The translations under genes were made by a program, and so were the position numbers. A stretch of 64,000 bases of DNA. It comes from Okamejei kenojei (taxonomy: Eukaryota). The notes under the pieces are model-generated. The model ran no database searches. It was not told the origin of the DNA and worked only from the letters and a program-made list of their open reading frames with translations. The DNA lies in NCBI GenBank assembly GCA_035221665.1, contig CM069145.1, positions 26,846,001 through 26,910,000 of the forward strand, given 5' to 3'. Below are positions 14,993 to 27,381 of the stretch, in pieces (positions within the stretch are counted from its first letter, which is position 1; every line of letters starts with the position of its first letter).

Positions 14993-15686
14993 CTCTCTGA
15001 ATGCACCAAAAAGAGGTGCAATCTAATTCCTGGGCTAGTTGCAGCCAGCTCATCGAGTAGTCCATGTGTTGGGCTGGAGCTGATAAAAGTCTCTTTTAGA
15101 GAACCCATGAAGTGAATTACAAGAATGAGGCTTGTGGGAGTCCAATTGTGTAATAGAAAGTGCTAAAAGTACACATTTTTTAAGATAGTTTGCAGAAGTG
15201 CTAAATGAATTCCTGTAGACTAGATTTCAAAGGATAAAGCTGTGGTGAAGATCAAATGAAACTACCTTGTTTTGTGGGAATATTTTCGATTCAGATTTGT
15301 GTGAAAGTTTGCCCTCAATTCTGAAGAGCCGGGTGATTCCTTAAAATTATGTCAAATGTATCAAAGATGCAATATAATTGCATTTTATCTTCTAATTGAA
15401 TGTTGTGTTAGTAAGGCACAGAAGTAGGTTGCCTTTGAGCTTAAGAATTAGAGAAACATTGCAATAATTACTCTTTAAAAACATTTTTTAATGTTGAGCT
15501 GTAACAAATAATTATGTCTCAGACAAATTGTTGAAGGGTTGACTTGCAATCTTAATTTATCGGTTGGCATAATTGGAAACATGAAAGTAAATGAGCAATG
15601 GCGTATCCACGCATATAAATGTTAAGGCATTTTAATACCTTACACTTTTGAGAATTAATTTTGTTGCATTTTGTTTTTCTTCCTAG

Positions 15687-15789
15687 GTATTCCTAGACCT
15701 CCACATCCGTCAGACATCTCTCCTTATTACCCACTCTCACCTGGCGCCGTCGGCCAAATCCCCCATCCACTAGGATGGTTAGTACCACA
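15687..15789 (+). CDS. TCF7L2: TCF7L2 coding exon (exon 7 equivalent, 103 nt) with an alternative donor after 15777 that removes LVPQ
   Basis: tag| acceptor, |gtaagc donor; (G)[34 protein letters not shown]; second donor |gttagt 12 nt upstream. Confidence 0.97.
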
Positions 15790-16396
15790 GTAAGCAGTTC
15801 CATTTCTTTTTTCTTTTTATTCCTTTAATTCTTGAAGAATTTTGTATCTTACTGTATTGTCCAATTATTGTAATGAGCTGTGATTGGCTGCTGGGTACCC
15901 ACATATTTATTTGGGCTTCTCCCTTGGCAACACCTGCCAAGCCTGGTTACTATGACAAAAGGCTACAAATTAAGGACTGTTAATTTAATGTTTTCTTACT
16001 GAGTTCTAAATACCAAAAGAGGCCCAAAGCAGAACAGCGGCTCTTTGATTTGATGTATTTTATTTTGGTATAAATTTACATTCATTATTGTTTTCCTTTG
16101 GATCTGTAGCCCTCAATTATTGTGATGGCTCCATTAAAGCAAAAGCTGCATCGTCTTTAATTATCACAACAAAACACCTAGCTTTAGCTTGGGGAGAAGG
16201 TCTCTGTTGACATTAGCAGACGTTATAAAATTTAATTAGCTGGTTCTATCAGATTTAGCACATTAAAATTGTTCTTTATTTACCTGCTTTGATCCTGGCT
16301 GTGCAATCAACAACATTTTTTGTTCTGGTTCAAATGAGAGCAAGCTCACAAGAGCAGAAGTTTCCAGTTATTTTTTTTTCTCTTTTTCTTTTTCAG

Positions 16397-16483
16397 GCAA
16401 GGTCAACCAGTTTACCCGATCACAACAGGGGGGTTTCGGCACCCTTATCCCACTGCACTCACCGTCAATGCTTCCATGTCAAG
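16397..16483 (+). CDS. TCF7L2: TCF7L2 coding exon (exon 8 equivalent, 87 nt)
   Basis: ttttcag| acceptor, |gtgggt donor; QGQPVYPITTGGFRHPYPTALTVNASMS; phase matches both neighbours. Confidence 0.97.
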
Positions 16484-19400
16484 GTGGGTACACTTGGTTT
16501 GGTGGCAATAAGCTCTATATTTTTTATTTCAAGCCAATAACCTAAAGCCATTTTCTCAATTGCACTTGCTTTAATCAGTTTCCCATTTGCTTTTGTTCAT
16601 TGAGGCCATGCATTGCCATTTCTAACTTTGTGCCTTGTTTCTGAATAAACATTTGCCATGTGGCACTTACATTGATTTTGTGGAAAACAAACAAGCTGAA
16701 AGCCATTCCATAAGTAAATAACACACCATGAATGAAGCTGCAAGTATGGCATTTGGGATGGAGCCTTTGCTGCAGTATTATTGTGAGAGGAGGTCATTTA
16801 TAATGTACACAAATATTGACTGCTTTTCAAGACTGTAAGTGGTAAAATATTGTCCTCGAGGGAATACGGAAGTGTCAAGAGCGTGCCGCAATTATTACGC
16901 ACTTTACATCAATGTTGGAGCCCGAGGGACAATGTTTTAGCACTTGCAGACAACAAAACACGGTTAATATTTATTATACCCAGTGGGCAGAGTCACTTAT
17001 CGCTACTTGAGCCACAGTAAGTCAGTTCAGAGAGCAATAATCTTCATTCTTGCGTCACAGGTTAAAGGCCACTTTAACATGGAATTACTGGAAAAGTAGT
17101 AATCGGATGTGTGCTCTTCCACTTGGAGGCGTGCAGTTCTTTCCATTGAGCCAATAGGCAGCAGTGCAAGAGAGACAATGTACATTCACATCATAGACAT
17201 TAATGTTCCAAAGTAGGCATTTACAGCAGTTACCAGCAAACACTTCATTAGACGTGGTCAAAATGAGGGTCTTTGGACGCTTAGGGAAGGGGAGACATTG
17301 AAACATTCACTGTGATTAGTTCCACTCAATAGACATCTGCATCTCTTAATTGCTTATGTAGTTTGGGATCTTGGTAGATCTTTAGCTAACATATCTCAAA
17401 ATTCACGTTTGTCATTCCCCTCCACACTTACCCTCCGCAACAACTTGTTCCTCTCCATGTACGCTTTTGGTGGTGTGACCTGAAGTTGTTGGGGACACAG
17501 GAGTCTGTGGTGCAGACATGGGTAGGGCTTAAACTCTTGTCTCCGCTTGAGATCTGGTTCCAGCTGGAATGAAACCAGTCTTTATTTTTGATAAGCTTGG
17601 AGCCTTGTTGACTTAATTTTGCCCATGCACATTATTTTCCACTTTTAAATTTGGCACTGACTCAGGAACAATAAATAATTGATTCTGTCAGCACAAAAAA
17701 TGCAGGAATTAAAATAAGTAAATGAATTCTTAAACATTTTTGCCTCCCAACAATTGGTTGCACAGCTTTAAGGTGCAGATGGGGAAGAGATTTATTTGCG
17801 ATCTTTCTGTCCAGTTATTGGCTTCAAATAGAGTATAAACTTATTATTTTGGTGGAAGTCGTTAGAAAGGCAGCTGATGATCAATGTGATTGTTGAACAT
17901 CGGTTGCTGAGAAGTTTTTCAATTTAAAATGTGAAGTTATGGTTTTTTTTAAGCTTCCTACAGACAAACAATCACATTGGTTGGTGTTGTTACCTATCCC
18001 TTCTTTGGCCATGTGGCACAGAGAAAAAAACAGCATTCATAATATTGCCGGCAAGACAGATCTCTAAAATGGGACATTCAAAATAGTGAATATAACCAAC
18101 CCAAGTCACTTTCATGATCACAGTATTATTCTAAATGATGAGTTCCTTGGCTATATTAATTCTCTCTGAAGAGAAATGATTGCATTGGGCTTGCATAATA
18201 GAGGTACCCCTTAATTTCAGAGAATTGTGCAGTGAACTAAATAATTTGGTGAGCCTATTTGTTGCTGCACCAATTTAGGAAATTTGGGTTAAAGTGGTTT
18301 GAGTTATCGTAAACGTTTGCATTTAGAAGCCGATAAATAAGATTCCTCTGTATAGACAGCAAAATGAAAATTTGCAAATTAATGTGAAGTAAAAACAGAA
18401 CAATTTCTCATTGAGAATCGAGTTCAGTCACTGACTCTTTTATTTCTCATGTTTCTGTTATCCGTTGGCAAGATTCAGAACTCGCCAGCATTCACCTCTG
18501 AGCTGTCCCATTGTTTTGTCCCGGAACCTGACGTTAATTGTAAATAGGTGTTAACATACTACCAACTACAGAGCATCAGTTTTCACAATTAGCTATTCAC
18601 ATTGTTCTTTCTGATGTGGGTCTGTTCTTAATATTTTGTTCTACTACCCTTTTACTGCTGTAAGTGCTTTTAATGGCTAAGTTGTATATAAAAATAAGGA
18701 AGCACATGTGCTTCCTTGGATGTGGTGCATCTCCTTTAAAAGTGGTGTCAGTCCAGCCTCATGGGTAGTTTTCACATTGGGGCACAGTGGAATAAATCAA
18801 CTGTATTATAGAGTGTATGCAGCCAGAAGCAATCACAACTTTTGAACTGTATGGAGTTTTGACTCTGTGTAGTTGGTTTATCGTTAATCTGGAAGCAAGC
18901 TGTCATGTGACTTCAGAGCTGTTTGCAACCTAATCAGAGAAAAAAACATTTCCTTTGGAATCTGCTTCGTAAAATAAAAGCAGGCTGTTAAAAGCTATTG
19001 CATGTCCTTGACCAGGCCTGTACAACACATTCTCAGTGTCAATTCAAGAATTGAAAGATTAGATTAGGAACTAATTTAGGTTCGGAACTATCCATTTGGC
19101 CATCCTTTTATGCCTTCTATTAGTTTGTGCTGTGTAGCACCTCAGTGGTCCTGACCTAGGTATTGTGTCCCTAAACACCTGGAGCCACCTAAGGAGTTAA
19201 CAAGTGGAACAGGCAGAATTATCAAGATGGCATGCTCTTAAATGTGTATTGTCATCATTGCTGCACAAGCACGAGCTTATTGTAGTCACATTCTTCGCCC
19301 AATCTGTGTGTCATTTGGCTGGCTTATATCAACTAAAGGGCAAAGCTTTGTCATAACATAGCCAACAGTCTTCTGTAAAATGTTTACAGAATCCTACCTC

Positions 19401-20970
19401 AACTGACTATATTTTTAGTTGTCTTTTGAGGCTAAGACCAAATATTAAGAATTAGACTCACTATATTATAAGCACTTAATAGAGGGGTCCAGTGGTGGAA
19501 ATGAGCTGCGGATTACCCAATACCATGCTCGGGTCAGCTGCTAAATTTGCAGACAAGAGGAACTGCTAAACTTGCATCCACTGTTACCTTCTAATATGAA
19601 GCCCAAATAAATGTGAATTTTCAAAGAGCACAAAATGCAGGGTTCATGAGTAACTGCAACAGCAGTGTCACTCCAGGAATTGGATTAATTGTGGTCCTCT
19701 ATTACATATGTGCTTGCAATGAATCTATCGCTATTGCAGTCGTTGTCTTTACCAATTTGATTTTCTATTACTCTTGCTGCTCAAGAGTCGAGAGTGTTTA
19801 ATTGCCATGTGTACCAAAACAGACTAATGCAATTCTTTGTTGCAGCAGTGTAACAGGTCTGTAAACACAGCACTCGATAGATAGATAACATAATAAGGAA
19901 ACAAACAAATAATGTTCAATGAATTAATAAAATCCCCAATATTGTTTTAGATAGAAATAAAGCAAAACTTCTTGGCTTGCATCATTAAACTGTGTAATTG
20001 AGAACATCCAGCCCTATGTGGAACTCTCATTTAGCCCTGGAATATGGAGCCCAAAATGACAAATTATGCCTCCAAGCTTGGATATAATTATGGAATTGGT
20101 AAACTTATATTGTAGCAATAATGAGGCCATAGTAATGGAAAAATGCAATAATTTTAACAAGATTAATTGTGCCAGCTAGCTGTGTAAATTTTAAATAGGT
20201 ATTTAGCAATACTGAAGGTGAAATAAAAAAGTTATGAGGCATTGTAAATCTGTGCCTAATTTTAACTAGCTGTAGTAGCTGCCATGCTGGATAACATTTC
20301 TCTATTGAGGTTTACAGCATATCAGCAGTTCCACACTAGATCCCACCACTCTGTACAATATTAATGTCCATACACATACTATAAACACAAACACAATAAA
20401 CTAATCAAAGGAAGTGGTAAATGATGACACATCAGAGCTGTTGGAGACTGATGTTCAGCACTCTGGAAGCTACTGTTTTGATAGGGGCTCTGACTGTACA
20501 GCACAGTCCCAATTATTGTAGTACCAGCTAATTTCCCAGTGGCTACAAGTATATTTACAAACTACTCCATGGCACTGTATTTAAGCAATCACTAATTGCT
20601 CCTAATGATGGGTTTATTTTCTGTTTATCTGATTTAGAGTTCAGCTAATTTAATTGGTGGAGGGTTAGACTTTCCTGATGGGCTGAAACAGCTAATGCAT
20701 TTTGATGATAGTTGTTAATTAAATTAGCATAGATTATTAGCAAGGCTTGCCATCTCTGGGGACTAAGTAGATGCATTTGTGGAAGCACAGCTTTTGATAG
20801 GGGCAGGACAAATTAAGATACTTTAAACACAAAAACAATCCAGTTGTTTAGCAGAACAGCAAAAATATTTATTGTGGAATCCAGGATAAAAAAGAATGCG
20901 TTAGCAATGTTCAAAATTACTTTTTTTTTACATTGTTATACCTATCGGATATACCTATACATTGGTTATA

Positions 20971-22618
20971 CAGTGCACTCCATAATGTTTGGGACAAAGA
21001 CCCATCATTTTATTGATTTGCCTCTGTACTCCACAATTTGAGATTTGTAATAGAAAAAAATCACGTGTGGTTAAAGTGCACATTGTCTGATTTTAATAAA
21101 GGCCATTTTTACACATTTTAGTTTCACCATGTAGAAATTACAGCAGTGTTTATACACAGTCCCCCCCCCCATTTCAGGGCAACATAATGTTTGGGACACA
21201 GCAATGTCATGCAAATGAAAGTAGTCATGTTAAGTTATTTGTTGCATATCCTTTGCATGCAATGACTGCTTGAAGTCTGTGATTCATGGACATCACCTGT
21301 TGCTGGGTGTCTTCTCTGGTGATGCTCTACCAGGCCTGTATTGCAGCCATCTTTAGCTTATGCTTGTTTTGTGGGCCACCCCCTTCAGTTTTCTCTTCAG
21401 CATATAAAAGGCATGTTCAATTGGGTTCAGATCGGGTGATTGACTTGGCCACTCAAGAATTGACCATTTTTTTTACTTTGAAAAACTCCTTTGTTGCTTT
21501 ACCAGTATGTTTGGGATCATTGTCTTGCTGTAGAATGAACAGCCGGCCAATGAGTTTTGAGGCATTTGTTTGAACTTGAGCAGATAGGATGTGTCTATAC
21601 ACTTCAGAATTCATTATGCTACTACCATCAGCAGTTGTATCATCAATGAAAATAAATGAGCCAGTACCTTCAGCAGCCATACATGCCCAGGCCATAACAC
21701 CCCCACCACTGTGTTTCACAGATGAGGTGGTATGCTTTGGATCTTGGGCAGTTCCTTCTCTCCTCCATACTTTGCTCTTGCCATCACTCTGATATAAGTT
21801 AATCTTCGTCTTATCTGTCCACAAGACCTTTTACCAGAAGTGTGGTTGCTCTTTTAAGTACTTCTCTGTAACCTGGCCATCCTATTTTTCCGGCTAACCA
21901 GTGGTTTGCATCTTGCAGTGTAGCCTCTGTATTTCTGTTCATTTAGTCCTCTGCGGACAGTGGTCGTTGACAAACCCACACCTGACTCCTGAAGAGTGTT
22001 TCTGATCGGTCGAACCGGTGTTTGGGGATTTTTTTTTAATCATAGAGAGAATTCTTCTGTCATCAGCTGTGGAGGTCTACCTTGGCCTGCCAGTCCCTTT
22101 CCGATTAGTAAGCTCACCAGTGTTCTCTTTCTTCTAAATGACATTCCAAACGGTTGATTTTGGTAAGGCTAAGGTTTGGCTGATGTTTCAACAGTTTTAT
22201 TCTTGTTTCTCAGTCTCATAATGACTTCTTTGAGTTTCATTGACACAACTTTGATCCTCTTGTTGATAAACAGCAATAAAAGTTTCCAAAGGTGATGGAA
22301 AGACTGGAGGAAAAACTAGGTGCTGCGAGCTCTCTTATCCCTGCATTAAGGAGGCAATTAAACACACCTGAGCAATTACAAACACCTGTGAAGCCCTGTG
22401 TCCCAAACATTATGGTGCCCTAAAATGGGGGGAACGATGTATAAACACAGCTGTAAATTCTACATGGTGAAACCAAAATGTATAAAAATACCCTTCAATA
22501 AAATCTGACAATGTGCACTTTAACCACGTGATTTTTTTTTCTATTACAAATCTCAAATTGTGGAGTACAGAGGCAAATAAATAAATGATGGGTGTTCCAA
22601 ACATTATGGAGTGCACTG
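20971..22618 (-). mobile_element. Full-length (1648 bp) but inactive Tc1/mariner DD34E transposon of IR/DR type, in the exon 8-9 intron
   Basis: TA flanks; ~230-bp TIRs starting CAGTGCACTCCATAATGTTTGG, with inner direct repeat CATAATGTTTGGGACA; transposase remnants WTDKTKINL, VMAWACM, QQDNDPKH, then a +1 frameshift in an A-run before WPSQSPDLNPIE; 5' end also frameshifted. Confidence 0.95.
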
Positions 22619-24688
22619 TACCTATACATTGGTATACCTGTCAGGTGAGGCACCAGCTGTGAGAGCAACAGATACATGGCACAAGAAAGAGAAAGACATA
22701 AGGCTAGTTTCTTGTTTTTTTACGTGGCTGACTTTGGATTGCACCTCCTTCACTTTCCTCCTCCTACACCCTCCCCCCCCCCTCCCCCCCCCACCCCCCC
22801 CCCCCCTTCATTCTCTCCCCCCATCCCAGCCTTCATCACCCCTCTACCACAAATAGGGGTCACGTTATCAGTGAAGGGACATGATCCTCATACTCATGAA
22901 GGCAATCGTTAAAACGACTTAGCGGTTTTTCCTATAGGGCCATACATTAGTTATTCCGATGTGAGGAGGGAGAAAAAGAACAAAGGCGTTTGTGCGGTAG
23001 TCGTGTGATGGAAAAACACGTCTGTATTATTCGTATGACATCCATAGGAAATGTAGACTCCATGCCCTGCCAGAGCACACCTTTTGATATATATTCCATC
23101 CAGCAGTAGGGCAGTGATTTCTTAGAATTAAGTGATGGGTCATTATACTTTAAACACAGCAGAGAGGCATAGACTGGCAATTAAACAGCAATAGCTGACA
23201 CTCACTTGTGCCACCCTGTGACCTTGTTAGATTGAGATGTTAGAGCTTCGGGCCCCCTCAGCCTAGTAAATTGGCTGAAGGTGCTTCTCCTGACTAGGGC
23301 CCGCTCTGAAATGTGCCGCCTTCAAAGGGATCAGCATCATGTATAAACCATAATGTGGGTTTGCGGTGGTTCAGAAAGCTCTGGAAAATTGAGCTTGGAA
23401 AAGATGAGAGATAACAACTGCACAGGGAGAGGAGGGGGAATAATGACAAACTAGCTGCAACTCAAAGAGGCTGTTTTTTTGCAAGGGGGAGAAAAAGCAT
23501 CCCACAGCTCGCACATAAAACGAAGTCAGGCAGATGACATGCAGTTAACAGAAACATGTCAACAGTGAAATAAAGTGAGAGTGAACGTGATAGAAGCCCC
23601 AGAGACACCATGGAACAAAAATGAGTTTGTTCGTAACATGGCCTGCAAGTTTATGCACATCATTATATTCTGGCTTGAAGCCATAAAAGCAGTCAGGATT
23701 TTTTCATAATTAACTGTTTAGAATTTTCAGTTTTTACAATGGAAATTTTTATTTATATATTCCTTCAGAATTATATAGTTATATCTATATAATGCATTTA
23801 TATCAAAAATAAAATGTTATTTATCATATCCTTATGCAGATATATCTATTAAATAATGCAACAGCTAAACCCAAATTTCAACTATTTTGTAGATAGTGTG
23901 GAAGTAATCACCTTATGATAGATTGACATTTTATAGTGTCCATTAACTTCTGAACCCTTGTAAGTCTCATCAGGTAATGAATTGAATGTAACCACTTCAT
24001 CACATGAAGAATAATACTCTTGAGGTTTTGAAAGCTCTAGTGTCCTATAAAATGCTTCACCTGGTGTACTGTCTTATGTTTGTATACTATCTGTAAATGA
24101 TATTTTTGCTGCTCACTCTGATAATATTTCATCCTCGGAATAAGAAGTCTATACCCATCAGCTAATACCATAGCATTTTGCATGTTGTGCAATTGGACAA
24201 ATATATTCACTCCAAAATCAATTTACTGTTTTAAAATGGTGAATATATCATTAATATATTAACATGAAATGATTGTGCTGCTTTCAATTAATGATGGATA
24301 GCAAAGAAGTTGATGTAGTACAAATTCAAACTGAAGAAAGACAGAAATTCTGATTTGATTATTAAATATAAAATTAGACAAATAAAAATGTTGGCTGCAT
24401 AGAAAAATAATTGAAAGGTCCAGACCAAAGTTGCACTTTAAGCTTTTGTATCTGAAGGTCTTAGTAGTGATTTTTTTTGTAATATTTATACAGCATGAAT
24501 TTTGTAATTTTTTTTATAGTCGCCATGCATTTAAGACTGTTATGTAAAGTTCATTCTAATGTCAGTAGCTATAAAGAGTAATTGTGACATATTATAATTG
24601 CATATGTTGTTTATATATCAAATATGTGTCCATCCCTTCCTTTCATTCATTTCTGTTCTGTTGATTTACACAGTTTTCTCTCTGGTAG

Positions 24689-24814
24689 GTTCCCCCCACA
24701 CATGGTTCCACCACACCACAGTTTGCACACAACGGGAATACCGCATCCGGCCATAGTCACACAAACGGTCAAACAAGAGTCTTCCCAGAGCGACATCGGA
24801 TCCCTCAACAACTC
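24689..24814 (+). CDS. TCF7L2: TCF7L2 coding exon (exon 9 equivalent, 126 nt; 141 nt if the upstream acceptor at 24674 is used)
   Basis: [43 protein letters not shown]; acceptors cag|24674 and tag|24689; donor |gtaagt. Confidence 0.96.
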
Positions 24815-25099
24815 GTAAGTCTTATCATTGTGTGTAAAGCACGTGCTTTTTTAACGAGCTGCTACATTGCAAAATAAAACATTGTTGGAGATCGATTCGA
24901 TATTATAAAATAACTTTTTTTAAGAATTTTAAAAAAAGAATGTGCATCTTTCGTGTAGATTATAAAATGTATCGTTCTATTTTAATTCTGCTTTGGTGAT
25001 TTTAATGAATTATTTAAAATTTTTAAAGTACGTTTTTTGGAAGAGAAAGGACCACGGCCGTCTCACTGATGTAGTTGGTAATTGCACATGTTCCCTCAG

Positions 25100-25262
25100 A
25101 AAACATCATCAGGATGCCAAAAAAGAAGAGGAAAAGAAAAAGCCTCACATAAAGAAGCCTCTGAATGCATTCATGTTGTACATGAAGGAAATGAGAGCAA
25201 AAGTGGTAGCGGAATGCACGCTGAAAGAGAGTGCGGCAATCAATCAGATCCTTGGCCGAAGG
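25100..25262 (+). CDS. TCF7L2: TCF7L2 HMG-box exon 1 (exon 10 equivalent, 163 nt)
   Basis: [54 protein letters not shown]; cag| and |gtgagc. Confidence 0.98.
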
Positions 25263-25774
25263 GTGAGCATCTTAAACCAATGAGACTATACAAGAGTGCT
25301 GGAGAGAGCATCTGACTGATCAGGGCAATCAGCTGAGAGTTTCACACTGAGCCTCACTATTTTTATATTGCATGTCTGCAAAGGTTGAAAACAAATACTG
25401 AAATAATAATGAAAAATACAATATGCAGTGTTAATTTGGTATGATAACAATGAGCTGTGGAATGCCTGCATTTAAAATAGAGTGGAGTAGCATGATTAAG
25501 ACAGTGTCGGTATTGGGTCAGCTCCGAAGGCCTGCACGTTAGCCACTACTGTTTTTATTGAATAATACTTCCTTAATTACTGCATATTAATACATATAGA
25601 TATAGTCAGATTAACCTTGATGCTTTCTGTTATATTGTGGAATGCAACCCTGAGGTTTTACAAATGCATAATCTTTCTCAAGGATCAATTCATACAAGTA
25701 TTTAATGTGATTAATGTGTTCTGTTTCTCCCTCACCCCACCACCCTCCATGCCTGGTCTCCTGTTTGTTCTCAG

Positions 25775-25882
25775 TGGCACGCTTTGTCCAGAGAAGAACA
25801 AGCAAAGTACTATGAGTTAGCCAGAAAGGAACGGCAGCTTCACATGCAACTTTACCCAGGCTGGTCAGCACGAGATAACTAT
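25775..25882 (+). CDS. TCF7L2: TCF7L2 HMG-box exon 2 (exon 11 equivalent, 108 nt)
   Basis: [36 protein letters not shown]; cag| and |gtaagt. Confidence 0.98.
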
Positions 25883-26208
25883 GTAAGTTCCATTCTCCAC
25901 CACATTCACTGTTCTCTCTCCCTCCCCGTTCTTTTTTTTTCGCAGGCCCAGTGGCATAAACTTCATACATGTCAGTTTAATGTTACAAATAATGACTGGA
26001 GTGAAGCTGACGGCATCCTGCCGACTTGAGGACCTTGTGCATGCCACATAGCTGTCCTTCATATTGTTTCTGTTTCTCAATGCTGATCGAACTGAGCGTT
26101 TTTATTCTTTTGTAGTGTTTTGAGTATGGTTGGCATGGTTTTGTGAACCTAATGTACAAACTGAGCTTGTGTTTCCTCCCGTTCCCATTTGCTTGCTCTC
26201 CCTAATAG

Positions 26209-26257
26209 GGCAAGAGGAAGAAGAGGAAAAGGGAAAAGCAGGCAGGGGAGACCAATG
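26209..26257 (+). CDS. TCF7L2: TCF7L2 basic tail/NLS exon (exon 12 equivalent, 49 nt)
   Basis: GKRKKRKREKQAGETN; tag| and |gtaagt. Confidence 0.97.
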
Positions 26258-27031
26258 GTAAGTAGGCAGCAATTATCTTCCATAATAGAAGGCACCCTTC
26301 ACATATCAGAGTAGCGACATTTAATCACATGAAGCCCTAGCTGCTGCTAACATTTTATAACATTGTTAATTATGATGGTATGTGTACATTTTTTATTTTA
26401 TGGCTGGTTTGCCTTTCTCAGACTGATAAAGTAATGTGCATGCATCTTAGACATTTTAATGCTTGATTTTATAGAACACTTTAAAAAAAAATTTGCATTA
26501 GCTATCGTAACATGAAGTGTTTCAAAGCTTATTGTAGTTTGTACTTATTGTATTGATATTAATTTGGGCTGTACCTGTTTTCTGACGCATCCTTGTGTAA
26601 TTAGCCTTGTCTGCTGGACTAATCCCATTATCCTACTTTACATTTGCCCTCGGATGGCATGCATGTAAAATTGACTCTGCTATCCAGCTTCTTTTGCAAA
26701 TCACTTTAACCTTTTAGCCTGATTCAAGCCTAACATCCTCCACTGGTGCTAACCTGCAGGTTCCTTATTCAACCCACTTTCCTTTTTTTGTGAATTCTAA
26801 TTAAAATCTACTATAAAATAATACAAATTTGTATTATCACACAATATTGGTGCTTTTAAAATGGGTGCAAAAAAATACAGCTGTGATTTTTTTTTTTTAA
26901 TACTTCTTTTTTTAAATTAGAGGGCATTACTGATCACTGGTAACAGATAAATTGATTTATTCCTTTTTGTTTTCTTGTCTCTCCTTCTTCCTTTTCTGTC
27001 TCCTCTGCTCGCTTTCTTCCATTTTGTTCAG

Positions 27032-27104
27032 ATCTGAGCGCTCCTAAGAAATGCCGAGCGCGCTTTGGCCTTGATCAACAGAATAACTGGTGCGGCCCGT
27101 GCAG
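27032..27104 (+). CDS. TCF7L2: TCF7L2 alternative C-clamp exon, CRARF type (exon 14 equivalent, 73 nt)
   Basis: (D)LSAPKKCRARFGLDQQNNWCGPC(R); long pyrimidine tract, cag|, donor |gtgtgt. Confidence 0.97.
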
Positions 27105-27381
27105 GTGTGTATCGTTTTCCCAGGTTTGCTATGGTTGGTTTCAGCAGGTTTAAATTGGCACTTTCCCCTCCTTGCTCTCACTGTTTCAGTGTTAGGATTG
27201 GATGCTGATACCAACCCTTGCGCCTGTTGGTGCTAGGCAGTGTGAATTTTGGATTTTCTTTTCGACAAGTGATGAGGGGAGAATGCCAACTTGGCCAGCT
27301 AAACCACTAGCTCTGGCTGAGATGTCACATCCAGTGAGCAGTATCCTCCATTTGCTGTTTTTGTTTACTTCATGCTAACAG

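Noticed and set aside
17118-17132. CTCF-like motif CCACTTGGAGGCG
   Set aside because: Mismatch in the core and a single short match; not supportable without ChIP or conservation data
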